From contig CAXXKJ010000002.1 in assembly GCA_963675295.2 (NCBI GenBank), positions 3,200,001 to 3,264,000 of the forward strand: a stretch of 64,000 nt of DNA, written 5' to 3'. The first letter of the stretch is position 1. Every line of letters starts with the position of its first letter. The DNA comes from a bacterium. GTDB lineage: Bacteria; Electryoneota; Electryoneia; Electryoneales; Electryoneaceae. The notes under the pieces were generated by a model. The model made no database searches. It was not told the DNA's origin and saw only the letters and a list, made by a program, of their open reading frames with translations. Shown piece by piece: positions 39,264 through 48,804 of this stretch. A program made the position numbers and the translations under genes.

Positions 39264-41051
39264 ATGCGTAACACGTCGTGGATCAGCATCATGCTGGTCG
39301 TAATCAGCCTTGTCGCGCTGGGTTCGACAGCGCAGGCTACCTGGACCAAGCACAGTGTGGTCACCGGGTGGAATGGACTACGTGGCACCTATGCGGACGA
39401 TATCGACGGCGACGGCGACATCGACCTGATGGCGGCCGCACGGTATGTCAACACGATCGCCTGGTTCGAAAATACACCGGACGGCTTCGTCACCCACATC
39501 CTGTCGGAAGACTTTGAGGGGTCGTGGGACGTTAACACCTGCGACATCGACGGCGACGGCATGGTCGACATCCTCGGCGCGGCGTTAAGCAACTTCGACA
39601 TCGCGGTCTGGCGGAACAACGGCACCACCGAAAACTGGCAGGAATACATCGTCGACTACAACTGCCAGTACGCCAAGTCGGTCTTCGGTGACGACCTTGA
39701 CGGCGACGGTGACGGCGACGTCATCAGCGCGTCCTTCGGCAACGACTACATGAACTGGTACCGCAACATCGGTTCAGACTGGCAGGAACACCTGCTGCAG
39801 GCGAACTTCAACGGTGCGCGTGACATTGTCACCACCGACTTTGACCATGACGGCGACATCGACATCCTCGGTGCCGGCGACAATACCGGTGCGGCGATCT
39901 GGTGGAACAACGACAACGACGGTACTTGGGAATACGAGCTGATTCGCCCGGTGTATGGCATCCGTTCGATCAACTTCGGCGACATCACCGGTGACGGTAA
40001 TGCTGAAGTGATCGCCTCGACCTCCTACTTTGACGCGATTGTCTACTGGGAAAAGGTTGACACGGGCTGGGTAGAAACGGTTGTCACCGACACGCTGAAC
40101 TTCGCCAACTACGCGTACATCGCCGACATCGACAACGATGGCCAGAACGACATCGTCGGCTGTTCGTACGATGACGACCTCGTGCTGTGGTGGGAACAGG
40201 ATAACGGTTCCTGGACCGAGCATGTCGTCGGGATTGCGTTTGACGGTGTCCGTACCGCAATCGCGGCGGATGTGGACGGCGACGGCGACGATGACATCAT
40301 CGGCGCGGCGTCGCATACCGGCGAGCTGGCGTGGTGGGAGAACGAGATCGCGTTCCGTGCGGCGGACATCGATATCGTCCCGCACGACCCGTTGTTCCAG
40401 ATCCCGGCGTCCGGCGGCACGATCTCGTACGACGCCTACATCACCAACAACCAGCAGACGCACCTCGGGATCGGCGTGTGGACGGAAGTCCGTCTCCCGA
40501 ACGGCAACTACTACGGCCCGCTGGTGCAGACATTTGTTGTCTTCCCGCCGAACACGACGGTGACGGTAAACGGTCTATCGCAGTATATCCCGGACTACGC
40601 GCCGGCCGGCTATTACCAGTACCTCGTCAAGCTAGGCGGCAGCGGCACCGGCTACACCTTGTGCGCCGACAGCTTCACCTTCCGCAAGCTGAACTTCGCG
40701 CCGGGTGAAGTCCCGACGCCGGGCGAAGGCTGGGGCGCGGCGGACGCGTACCGTTCCGAGATCATCGGGTCGGTGGACCTGCCGGAAGCCTTCGAGATGG
40801 AAGCGGCCTACCCGAACCCGTTCAATCCGAGCACGACGGTTGCGGTTTCGTTGCCGGAAACGTCCGAGCTGATGGTCAGCGTCTTCAACGTTGCCGGGCA
40901 GCAGGTCGCCGAGCTGGCGAACGGCCAGTTCACCGCCGGGCAGCACAACCTGACGTTCGACGCGAACGGTCTGGCCAGCGGCTTGTACTTCATCCATGCG
41001 ACCGTTCCCGGTCAGCTGAACCAGGTGCAGAAGGTGATGCTCGTGAGGTAA
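39264..41051 (+). CDS. Secreted FG-GAP/VCBS protein with T9SS-type CTD
   Basis: Seven DxDGDGDxD...W(F/W)EN repeats; IPASGGTISY module; AYPNPFN...KVMLVR. Confidence 0.92.
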   Translation: MRNTSWISIMLVVISLVALGSTAQATWTKHSVVTGWNGLRGTYADDIDGDGDIDLMAAARYVNTIAWFENTPDGFVTHILSEDFEGSWDVNTCDIDGDGMVDILGAALSNFDIAVWRNNGTTENWQEYIVDYNCQYAKSVFGDDLDGDGDGDVISASFGNDYMNWYRNIGSDWQEHLLQANFNGARDIVTTDFDHDGDIDILGAGDNTGAAIWWNNDNDGTWEYELIRPVYGIRSINFGDITGDGNAEVIASTSYFDAIVYWEKVDTGWVETVVTDTLNFANYAYIADIDNDGQNDIVGCSYDDDLVLWWEQDNGSWTEHVVGIAFDGVRTAIAADVDGDGDDDIIGAASHTGELAWWENEIAFRAADIDIVPHDPLFQIPASGGTISYDAYITNNQQTHLGIGVWTEVRLPNGNYYGPLVQTFVVFPPNTTVTVNGLSQYIPDYAPAGYYQYLVKLGGSGTGYTLCADSFTFRKLNFAPGEVPTPGEGWGAADAYRSEIIGSVDLPEAFEMEAAYPNPFNPSTTVAVSLPETSELMVSVFNVAGQQVAELANGQFTAGQHNLTFDANGLASGLYFIHATVPGQLNQVQKVMLVR

Positions 41052-41103
41052 CCCGAACATTTACAGTAAACTACCCTCGCAGCCACGGCATCCCGTCGTG
41101 GCT
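41028..41103 (+). repeat. 76-bp direct repeat, copy 1 (QKVMLVR codons + stop + terminator hairpin)
   Basis: 74/76 identical to 43422-43497; contains AGCCACGG-catcccg-TCGTGGCT followed by a T run. Confidence 0.95.
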
Positions 41104-41210
41104 TTTTTTGTGTTGCCAGAATCGTTTCACCAGCGATTCGCTTGGAAAGGAAATCCTTTCTGTGTACTTTGCGTGCACAGGATAACTACTTCAAATGACC
41201 TGGTGGCATC

Positions 41211-43445
41211 ATGAAATGGTACTTCCTACCCTTCTTTCTGCTCTGCTGCACCTTGGCCGGGTATGCCCAAGACAGCCTCAACGTCAGCCAAATCACTTCC
41301 CTGTACTCAATTTGGGATAGTGCCAGGGATGTTGCTGTCGCGGGCGACTACGCCTGTGTCGCGACAGATGAGTCAGGCCTGCGTGTACTCGATATCAGCG
41401 ATCCCGCCATGCCTGTAGAGGTTGGGTACTGCCGGTCGGCAGTACCTGCCCTTGGTGTTGCGATCCAAGGCGATTACGCGTATGTCGCCGCTGGCTATAG
41501 CGGCTTGCGTGTCATCGATATCAGTGATCCCACATCGCCGGTTGAGGTTGGAGTCTGTAGCTCGGTAATCAGCGCGAGAAATGTGACAGTTGAAGGCAAC
41601 TACGCATGTGTCTCATGTGAGACTTCCGGATTGCAGGTTGTAGATATCAGCGATCCCACAAATCCCACGTTGACCGGTGTCTACAGCGGCGCGTATATCA
41701 TTGACGCCGCCATGGCTGGTTCCTATGCCTACGCGATCCACGAGCTACAGGAACTGTCCAGCGAGCTGCTCGTTATCGATCTCAGCGACCCGTCCAATCC
41801 GACTGAAGTGTACTGGACCTACGGTATTGGCTATGCCAGGTCGATCACGATTTCCGAGGGCTATATCTATGTGGCTGAGTACGACTCAGGCCTGGCGATC
41901 TATTCAGTCCAGATACCGTCAATGATTTCAGTAGCGGGTGTTTGTGACACCCCCGGCCTGGCAATCGGTGTCGCAGTAGAGGGGGATTACGCCTGCGTCA
42001 CGGACAGCGAGTCCAGCCTCCGTCTGATCAATGTCAGCAATCCCTACGATCCCGTTGAGACTGGATTCCTGGACACTCCCGGCGAGGGATTTGGCGTGGG
42101 CATACACGGAGATGTTGCCTGCGTGGCGGACGGTGGCAGCGGGTTGCGTCTTGTCGATATCAGCGATCCATTCTCATTGGTTGAGCTTAGCGCCTACGAC
42201 ACCCCCGGCCAATTGAGCGGACTGACCTTTGCGGATGGATACCTGTATATGATCGACAACCCAGGTGGAGTCCGGGTGATCGATATCAGCAACCCTGCAG
42301 AACCGACTGAGACCGGCGCTGTCGCGACACCGGGCCTGGCGCGGGAAGTTGCGGTGCAGAACCAGTTTGCTTACATCGCCGATTCCTATTCCGGGTTGCG
42401 GATCATCGATGTCGGCGATCCTGCTGCTCCGTATGAGGTCGGTTTCTGCCAGCTCCCGGATATAAGTTACGACGTCGCTGTATTAGGTGACCACGCCTAT
42501 GTTGCCGAGGGTAGTGAAGGATTACGCGTAGTCGATGTGTCCGACCCAGCCGCACCAGTCGAAGTCGCTGTCTGCGATCCAAATGACGTTTCCGCCAGCT
42601 TTCGTGGCGTTTACGTTGAGGGCGATTATGTGTATGCCGCGTGCGGGTCTTTTGGACATTTCTACATCATTGACACCAGCAATCCGCTGAACCCGCAGGC
42701 GGTTGGGTACCTCGATCTCTCTGGAAATGCGAAGAAGGTTGTCGTGCAGAACGGAATCGCCTATCTCGCGATGGGAATCGGGATGAGAATTGTTGATGTC
42801 AACAACCCGGCCTTACCAGTTGAGATTGGATATTTCGATACTCCGGGAACCTGTGATTACCTTACGGTGGCCAATGAATTCGTCTATGCGTCCTGCCTGG
42901 GTTCCGGAATCCGTGTCATTGATGTCAGCGATCCCTCCGCGCCAGTCGAGACTGGATACTATGATACGGACTGGTATGCGCAGGGTGTCGCGGTCGAAGA
43001 CCAAACCGTGTACCTGGCCGACCTGCACGAACTGCTGGTACTTGACTGTTCGGATGCCATCACCCGCTGGCCGCTCGAAATCACCTTGTCCGCTGATGAA
43101 CCTCTGTTCGTGCAACTGGGCGGCAGTTTCAGCTTCGGCGCACACTTGGTCAGCCACCTGCAGACAACACGGTACGTCGACTTCTGGGCAGAAGCAGAGT
43201 TGCCTGACGGCAGCATGGTTGGCCCGATCCGCCGTGTCAACAATGTGCGGATCACACCTGCGACAACCATCGATATCGATGCTATCCAGCAGGATATTCC
43301 GGTAAATGCACCGACTGGAATCTATAACTATATACTCAAAGCCGGGAACTACCCGGACGTGGTCGCTGGCCGGGACGAATTCCAGTTCGAGGTCATCCCC
43401 ATGTCCGATGCTGTCCAGACTCAGAAGGTTATGCTCGTGAGGTAA
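41211..43445 (+). CDS. LVIVD-repeat protein whose CTD is reduced to its last residues
   Basis: Signal peptide + QDSLNV; about 14 LVIVD repeats; Ig-like module; then ...FEVIPMSDAVQTQKVMLVR* with no PNPFN or SGLYF motif. Confidence 0.9.
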   Translation: MKWYFLPFFLLCCTLAGYAQDSLNVSQITSLYSIWDSARDVAVAGDYACVATDESGLRVLDISDPAMPVEVGYCRSAVPALGVAIQGDYAYVAAGYSGLRVIDISDPTSPVEVGVCSSVISARNVTVEGNYACVSCETSGLQVVDISDPTNPTLTGVYSGAYIIDAAMAGSYAYAIHELQELSSELLVIDLSDPSNPTEVYWTYGIGYARSITISEGYIYVAEYDSGLAIYSVQIPSMISVAGVCDTPGLAIGVAVEGDYACVTDSESSLRLINVSNPYDPVETGFLDTPGEGFGVGIHGDVACVADGGSGLRLVDISDPFSLVELSAYDTPGQLSGLTFADGYLYMIDNPGGVRVIDISNPAEPTETGAVATPGLAREVAVQNQFAYIADSYSGLRIIDVGDPAAPYEVGFCQLPDISYDVAVLGDHAYVAEGSEGLRVVDVSDPAAPVEVAVCDPNDVSASFRGVYVEGDYVYAACGSFGHFYIIDTSNPLNPQAVGYLDLSGNAKKVVVQNGIAYLAMGIGMRIVDVNNPALPVEIGYFDTPGTCDYLTVANEFVYASCLGSGIRVIDVSDPSAPVETGYYDTDWYAQGVAVEDQTVYLADLHELLVLDCSDAITRWPLEITLSADEPLFVQLGGSFSFGAHLVSHLQTTRYVDFWAEAELPDGSMVGPIRRVNNVRITPATTIDIDAIQQDIPVNAPTGIYNYILKAGNYPDVVAGRDEFQFEVIPMSDAVQTQKVMLVR

Positions 43446-43497
43446 CCCGAACATTTACAGTAAACTACCCTCGCAGCCACGGCATCCCGCCGTGGCT
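43422..43497 (+). repeat. 76-bp direct repeat, copy 2
   Basis: Matches 41028-41103 with 2 substitutions. Confidence 0.95.
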
Positions 43498-43620
43498 GTT
43501 TTGCTCCCAGTGGCTTACCTTTTTTTGGATTCGGACTTGTTTTTAACATTTTCGACTAAATATTGCGCATATCCATAAAACAGAACGTTGTTCAACCCGT
43601 TGGGATAGGGGAGTATTACG

Positions 43621-45417
43621 ATGCGGAACTTGAGTGTGTTGTTGTTCCTGGTCATCATCCCGTCATTGGCCTTTGCGCAGCTCACGTGGACGGAAACCAT
43701 TGTCGATGCAGGATTTGATGGTGCATACAGCGTCACCGCCGCCGACTTTGATGGTGACGGCGACATGGACCTCGCCGGTGCGGCGTTCGAGGGTGACGAC
43801 CTCGCGTGGTATGAAAACATGGATGGCAGCGGCGAGACGATGACGAAGCATGTCATCACCGGCAGTTTCCTCGGCGCGATCAGCGTGTTCGCGGGTGATG
43901 TCAACAACGACGGCGTGGCTGACCTGATCGTCGCCGGCAACGATGCCGACAAGGTCCTGTGGTGGGAGAATGACGGCAGCGGCACGACGTGGACGTCGCG
44001 GGCCATCAGCCCCAGCTACGACGGCGCGTACTGCGTCTACGGCGAAGACATGGACGGGGACGGCGACCTCGACATCCTCGGCGCGGCCCGCTATGACGAC
44101 GAAATCACGATGTGGGAAAACGTCAACAACGGCCAGGTGTGGATCGAACACACCGTCGCCAGCGGCTTTGACGGCGCGTACAGCGTGCACGCCGCCGATG
44201 TGAACGGGGATGGCTTCATGGACATCCTCGGCGTCGCCCGCTTCGACAATACCGTCGCGTGGTTCGAGAATGACGGCGACGAGGTGTTCACGCCGCACCT
44301 GATCGAGGATCAGTACCCGGCCCCGTGGGACGTACACGCCGGCGACATCGACGGGGACGGCGACATGGATGTCCTCTCGGTCGCGCGCTACGCCGGTGAG
44401 GTCACGTGGTGGGAAAACGACGGCAGCGGCATGGACTGGTCGATGCACACGTTGACCGATCACCTGACCGGCGCGTCCTCGGTGATGGCTGTTGACCTCG
44501 ACTTGGACGGCGACTGCGATGTGCTCGCCGCCGGTCATGGCGCGGATCACGTCGCGTGGTGGGAGAACTTGAATCAGGGCGAGCTCTGGGCCGGGCACCT
44601 GATTGATGACGCGATCAACGGACCGCGGACGGCCGATGTCGCCGACATCGACATGGACGGTCTGCCGGACGTGATCGCAGCTGCCTCCGACGACGACTGC
44701 ATCAAGTGGTACAAGCAGGGCTACCTGCATCCGCCGAACGGGCTTTCGTTGAAGCTGCTCCCGTTCGTGACGACCATCCCCGGCACCGGCGGGCAGTTGT
44801 TCTACAAGGTGTATGTCAACAACACCACCGGACACCTGCAGTGGGGCAATATCTGGACGGAAATCGAAACGCCGGACGGCAACGTCTACTCCCCACTCGA
44901 CCTGCGCGGGGTAACCTGGCGGCGTGGTGAATCAACCACCGACCTGTTCTCGCAGATCGTCCCCTACTGGGGCGAGGAAGGCGTGTACACCTTCACCATG
45001 AAGCTCGGTGCGTACAACCAGGGCGTGGTCTACACGTCCCACGACTTCACCTTCTACAAGGGCGCGCCGACGGTGTCGGAATTCGCCAGCTGGGGGTTGA
45101 ACGAAACGGTGTACAGCGCAACAACAGCAACAACTGATCCCTCAGTCCCGTCCGAATTTGCGATGCACACAGCCTACCCGAACCCGTTCAACCCGAGCAC
45201 GACGGTCGCGGTATCGTTGCCGTCAACCAGCGAGCTGACGGTACGGGTGACGAACGTGAACGGCCGTGAGGTGGCAACACTGGCGAACGGAACGTACAAT
45301 GCTGGCGATCACTCCCTGAACTTCAACGCACAAGGTCTCGCCAGCGGCCTGTACTTCATCCACGCCCATGTGCCGGGTGAATTGAACCAGGTGCAGAAAG
45401 TGATGCTGGTCCGTTAA
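43621..45417 (+). CDS. Secreted FG-GAP/VCBS protein with T9SS-type CTD
   Basis: Seven DxDGDGDxD...WWEN repeats; IPGTGGQLFY module; AYPNPFN...KVMLVR. Confidence 0.92.
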   Translation: MRNLSVLLFLVIIPSLAFAQLTWTETIVDAGFDGAYSVTAADFDGDGDMDLAGAAFEGDDLAWYENMDGSGETMTKHVITGSFLGAISVFAGDVNNDGVADLIVAGNDADKVLWWENDGSGTTWTSRAISPSYDGAYCVYGEDMDGDGDLDILGAARYDDEITMWENVNNGQVWIEHTVASGFDGAYSVHAADVNGDGFMDILGVARFDNTVAWFENDGDEVFTPHLIEDQYPAPWDVHAGDIDGDGDMDVLSVARYAGEVTWWENDGSGMDWSMHTLTDHLTGASSVMAVDLDLDGDCDVLAAGHGADHVAWWENLNQGELWAGHLIDDAINGPRTADVADIDMDGLPDVIAAASDDDCIKWYKQGYLHPPNGLSLKLLPFVTTIPGTGGQLFYKVYVNNTTGHLQWGNIWTEIETPDGNVYSPLDLRGVTWRRGESTTDLFSQIVPYWGEEGVYTFTMKLGAYNQGVVYTSHDFTFYKGAPTVSEFASWGLNETVYSATTATTDPSVPSEFAMHTAYPNPFNPSTTVAVSLPSTSELTVRVTNVNGREVATLANGTYNAGDHSLNFNAQGLASGLYFIHAHVPGELNQVQKVMLVR

Positions 45418-45443
45418 GACTCCCGAATATTTCTGTAAATCCA

Positions 45444-45474
45444 AAAGCCGCAGCAGTTTGCTGCGGCTTTCTCT
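45444..45474 (+). terminator. Intrinsic terminator
   Basis: AAAGCCGCAGCA-gtt-TGCTGCGGCTTT. Confidence 0.7.
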
Positions 45475-45687
45475 GTTATCAGTTTATCGACGATTTCGCG
45501 ATTTAGCTTGCATATCAAGAATACTAATAGTAGGTTCATGCATATGCGAAAATGGGGTTGGCACAGGGGATTCACTTCCGCATTGTTAGTCACGTTAGAT
45601 TTTGCAGATTAACTGAATGTGGTTTGGCTAACATGATAACCGAGCTATCCGCCTTGACAGTGTTGGGCTTTGGGAAAGGGGAAAACC

Positions 45688-48372
45688 ATGCGACGTGTAA
45701 CGTTCATCTTTTTAAGTGCCCTGTTCATGGCATTAAGTGGTCAGTTGCTGGCAAACACCGCACTTCATTTTGACAGTAACGATGAATATGGTGATGTTCA
45801 GCACGCAGCACACTACGATATCGGAACAAGCGATTTCACAGTCAATTGCATTGTTAAGTTTGATGATTATTCAGAAATACACCAAAACTCTATTTTATTT
45901 AAAGGAATACCAAATAGTAATTATATACAGCTAGAATATACCTATCCAGAAATGCAAAGATTGAAATTTGCGGGACGTGGCCTACCTGATAACGAATGGA
46001 TAGCACAAATAACGGACTGGATACCGACATTAGATGTCTGGTACAGCATTGCAGGGGTACGTACAGGTGATACCTTCACGATCTATTTGATTGAATGTGC
46101 TGACGTTTCGCAAGTATTATCGGCAGTTGATATTGTTTCTGGCGTGGGAAACCCAACGACAACAACTCCGTGGGTAATCGGAGATGGAGTGGGTTACCAT
46201 CGTGAGTTTCTGGGAGACATTGACGACGTTCGTTTTTGGGATAGAGCTCTATCACTACAGGAACTACAAGCGTACGCTACCACAGAAGTCAACCCTTCTG
46301 ATTCCGGGTTGTTGGGATACTGGCAGTGCAACGAAGGAAGCGGTAATGTCTTACTGGATAGCTCTCCTTATCAAAGACATGGTGAACTGATCGGTCCAGT
46401 CACGTATGTCAACGCGGACTGGTACACGGGCGGTCCAGTCGGTGATCTCGTCTTTGATGATTTTGAATCGGGATTTCAATCCCCGCCATGGACTGAACTG
46501 GATCCTCACGTTGTCATTGAACCAGATGGTCACAATGGTTCAACCCAGTGCCTTGCGTTGTACAATAATGAACCCTGGTCGTCAGGGTTTATCACAGCAC
46601 CTATTGTCCCGCAAGATGGACTTGTGATGGAATGTTGGGTTCAACGGCGTCCGAACCAGAACAACAGGAACTACTTCTGGTTCAGTTTGACCGACGGACC
46701 TCCCCCCGACCAGGGACAGCAGGGCATGAGATTCCGCTATGGAGCGTACCAGCATGAAACAATTTGCGTTTTCTGGAACAACACGCTGCTAACTGAGGTT
46801 CCAATCGATTTTGATTATGATTGGACACTGCTGAAATTGGTTCGTTACGATAATGGATCGTGGGATGTCTATTGGGATAATGAGCTCATTATTTCAAGCG
46901 TCTCAGATAATTTCGGAACGTTGGCTGATCCTCACATCAACATTTTGGGCGATGGCTTCTACAACGAAGGCGGCGTCCGGATTGACGATATTCAGGTCAT
47001 GGAAGGCAGTGGATATCCTTTCTACGAAGTTGACGACGACACCGAAGCCCTGTGGCGGTTCAACGAAGATCCCGGCACCTACACCGCGTATGACGCCACC
47101 ACAAACAATCACACGATGGCGTTGACTGCCGGCGCGGAGTTCACTGGGACAAACGTATTCAACGGCTCGGTCGATTGCACCGGTCCGACGGCTGTCGCCA
47201 CGAACTTTGACCAGATCGGCAACAGCTGGGACGCACTCTCGATTGACGTGCATTTCATGGCAACCGTCATTGGTGATGACAATACGCACCCGTTGGTCAC
47301 TCGCTATCGGTGGCACAACACTGCAGATCCGTCCTACCTGTTCTGGGTCATGCCGGATGGGTCATTGTTCGGCAAGGTGTACATGAACGAACCGGGTGGA
47401 GTGTCGGTTTGGGGAGAAACGGGACCCGGTGTGATCGAGACGGGTCAGTGGTACGATGTGCAGATGACGTGGTCGTCGGACAACACGCTGAAGATCTACG
47501 TTGATGGCGAATTACTCGGTGAAAGCACCATGACGGAAACCGGTGTGGTTCGTCCCGGCGACGATCCGCTGGAAGTCGGTGCCGTGTATTACACCGGCTA
47601 TCCGCCCGAGTTCTTCACCGGTTACATCGACGAAGTACGGATCTCCGACATCGACCGATCCACGCAGGAACCGCCGGATGGTCCGGTGACCCTGACGTTG
47701 ACGCCGTCCAACACGACAATCCCGCCGGGCGGCGGCACGTTGACCTATGACGTCCATATCGTCAGCACATTGCCAGACCAGTTCAACAATGTGTACTACT
47801 GGACCAACCTGATTTTACCGGACGGCAGCGAATACCCCCAAGGCGGATGGCTGATGTCGCAGCATGTGATCCTGCGGCCGTTCATGGATGTCACTCGGAC
47901 AGAGTTTACCCAGAACATTCCAGTGTTTGCGGACCCGGGTGATTATGAGTTCCAGGCGCACTTCGGCTATATGGGCGGTATGTATGCCAGCGACTCCTTT
48001 GCGTTCACGAAGTTGAGCGGTACGTCCAACGGGAATGAGGTCATCGACTGGAATGCAACTGGGAATCTTGGGTTGGATAATCCCGATCTGAATGACCCAT
48101 TGCCGGACGAATGGGCGGTCGCTGCTGCAACCCCGAACCCGTTCAACCCGACAACGACGATACGTATCGCATTGCCGGAGGCGGCTGAGCTGACCGTCAC
48201 CGTGACCAACATCCTCGGGCAACGGGTAGCGGTTTTGACCAATGGACTGCAGGAAGCCGGCGAACATTCACTGGTCTTCGACGCACGGGGATTGGCCAGC
48301 GGCCTGTACTTCATTCACGCTCATGTGCCGGGTCAGCTGAACCAAGTGCAGAAGGTGATGCTGGTCAGATAA
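45688..48372 (+). CDS. Secreted LamG/concanavalin-like multi-domain protein with T9SS-type CTD
   Basis: ATG 45688; FLGDIDDVRFWDRAL...LLGYWQCNEGSG and ALWRFNE...FTGYIDEVRIS LamG motifs; central FDDFESG...IDDI jelly-roll; TPNPFN...KVMLVR. Confidence 0.9.
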   Translation: MRRVTFIFLSALFMALSGQLLANTALHFDSNDEYGDVQHAAHYDIGTSDFTVNCIVKFDDYSEIHQNSILFKGIPNSNYIQLEYTYPEMQRLKFAGRGLPDNEWIAQITDWIPTLDVWYSIAGVRTGDTFTIYLIECADVSQVLSAVDIVSGVGNPTTTTPWVIGDGVGYHREFLGDIDDVRFWDRALSLQELQAYATTEVNPSDSGLLGYWQCNEGSGNVLLDSSPYQRHGELIGPVTYVNADWYTGGPVGDLVFDDFESGFQSPPWTELDPHVVIEPDGHNGSTQCLALYNNEPWSSGFITAPIVPQDGLVMECWVQRRPNQNNRNYFWFSLTDGPPPDQGQQGMRFRYGAYQHETICVFWNNTLLTEVPIDFDYDWTLLKLVRYDNGSWDVYWDNELIISSVSDNFGTLADPHINILGDGFYNEGGVRIDDIQVMEGSGYPFYEVDDDTEALWRFNEDPGTYTAYDATTNNHTMALTAGAEFTGTNVFNGSVDCTGPTAVATNFDQIGNSWDALSIDVHFMATVIGDDNTHPLVTRYRWHNTADPSYLFWVMPDGSLFGKVYMNEPGGVSVWGETGPGVIETGQWYDVQMTWSSDNTLKIYVDGELLGESTMTETGVVRPGDDPLEVGAVYYTGYPPEFFTGYIDEVRISDIDRSTQEPPDGPVTLTLTPSNTTIPPGGGTLTYDVHIVSTLPDQFNNVYYWTNLILPDGSEYPQGGWLMSQHVILRPFMDVTRTEFTQNIPVFADPGDYEFQAHFGYMGGMYASDSFAFTKLSGTSNGNEVIDWNATGNLGLDNPDLNDPLPDEWAVAAATPNPFNPTTTIRIALPEAAELTVTVTNILGQRVAVLTNGLQEAGEHSLVFDARGLASGLYFIHAHVPGQLNQVQKVMLVR

Positions 48373-48375
48373 AGA

Positions 48376-48623
48376 CAGTGCTCAGTGCTCAGTACTCAGC
48401 GGTCAGTGGTCTGTGTGTGTTGCCATAGCCTATAGCCCACAGCCCAGAGCCTGGCTTTAATGGTCTGTGGTCTGTGATAAGGAAACTCGAGCCCGACGAT
48501 GTTGTCGCCGGGCTTCCTCGTCCCTGCAGCCGGGGACAATTTTGTCCCCAAAGTGTCCCCGGTTTTACTAGCCACTCATCACTCTCAGCTCACACTCACC
48601 ACTCACAACTCATAACTCACCAC
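48376..48623. repeat. Cluster of several degenerate heptamer tandem repeats
   Basis: cagtgct cagtgct cagtact cagcggt cagtggt (48376-48410); gccatag cctatag cccacag cccagag (48422-48449); tggtctg x2; cactcac/aactcat/aactcac runs (about 48574-48623). Confidence 0.8.
48530..48562. repeat. GGGGACAC palindromic element, copy 2 (inverted)
   Basis: Reverse complement reads CCGGGGACACTTTGGGGACAAAATTGTCCCCGG; shares CGGGGACACTTTGGGGACAAA with 4582-4602. Confidence 0.75.
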
Positions 48624-48804
48624 TGATTCATCCCACCTCTCCCGCTCTCAACTTTTTCGTGATTCAGGCGGCGAATTCCTTGTCCTGCCGTGATCAAGAC
48701 CGCATTTTTCTCATTCCGGAGGGGAGGGCATGGACACTCCGGCCTCATCCGTGATTCCTGAACGTGTGCATACAGCTTTGAACCTGGAGTGAAAGGAGAC
48801 CGTC

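Noticed and set aside
48376-48623. CRISPR array
   Set aside because: Repeats have a 7-bp period with no unique spacers; no cas genes are present.
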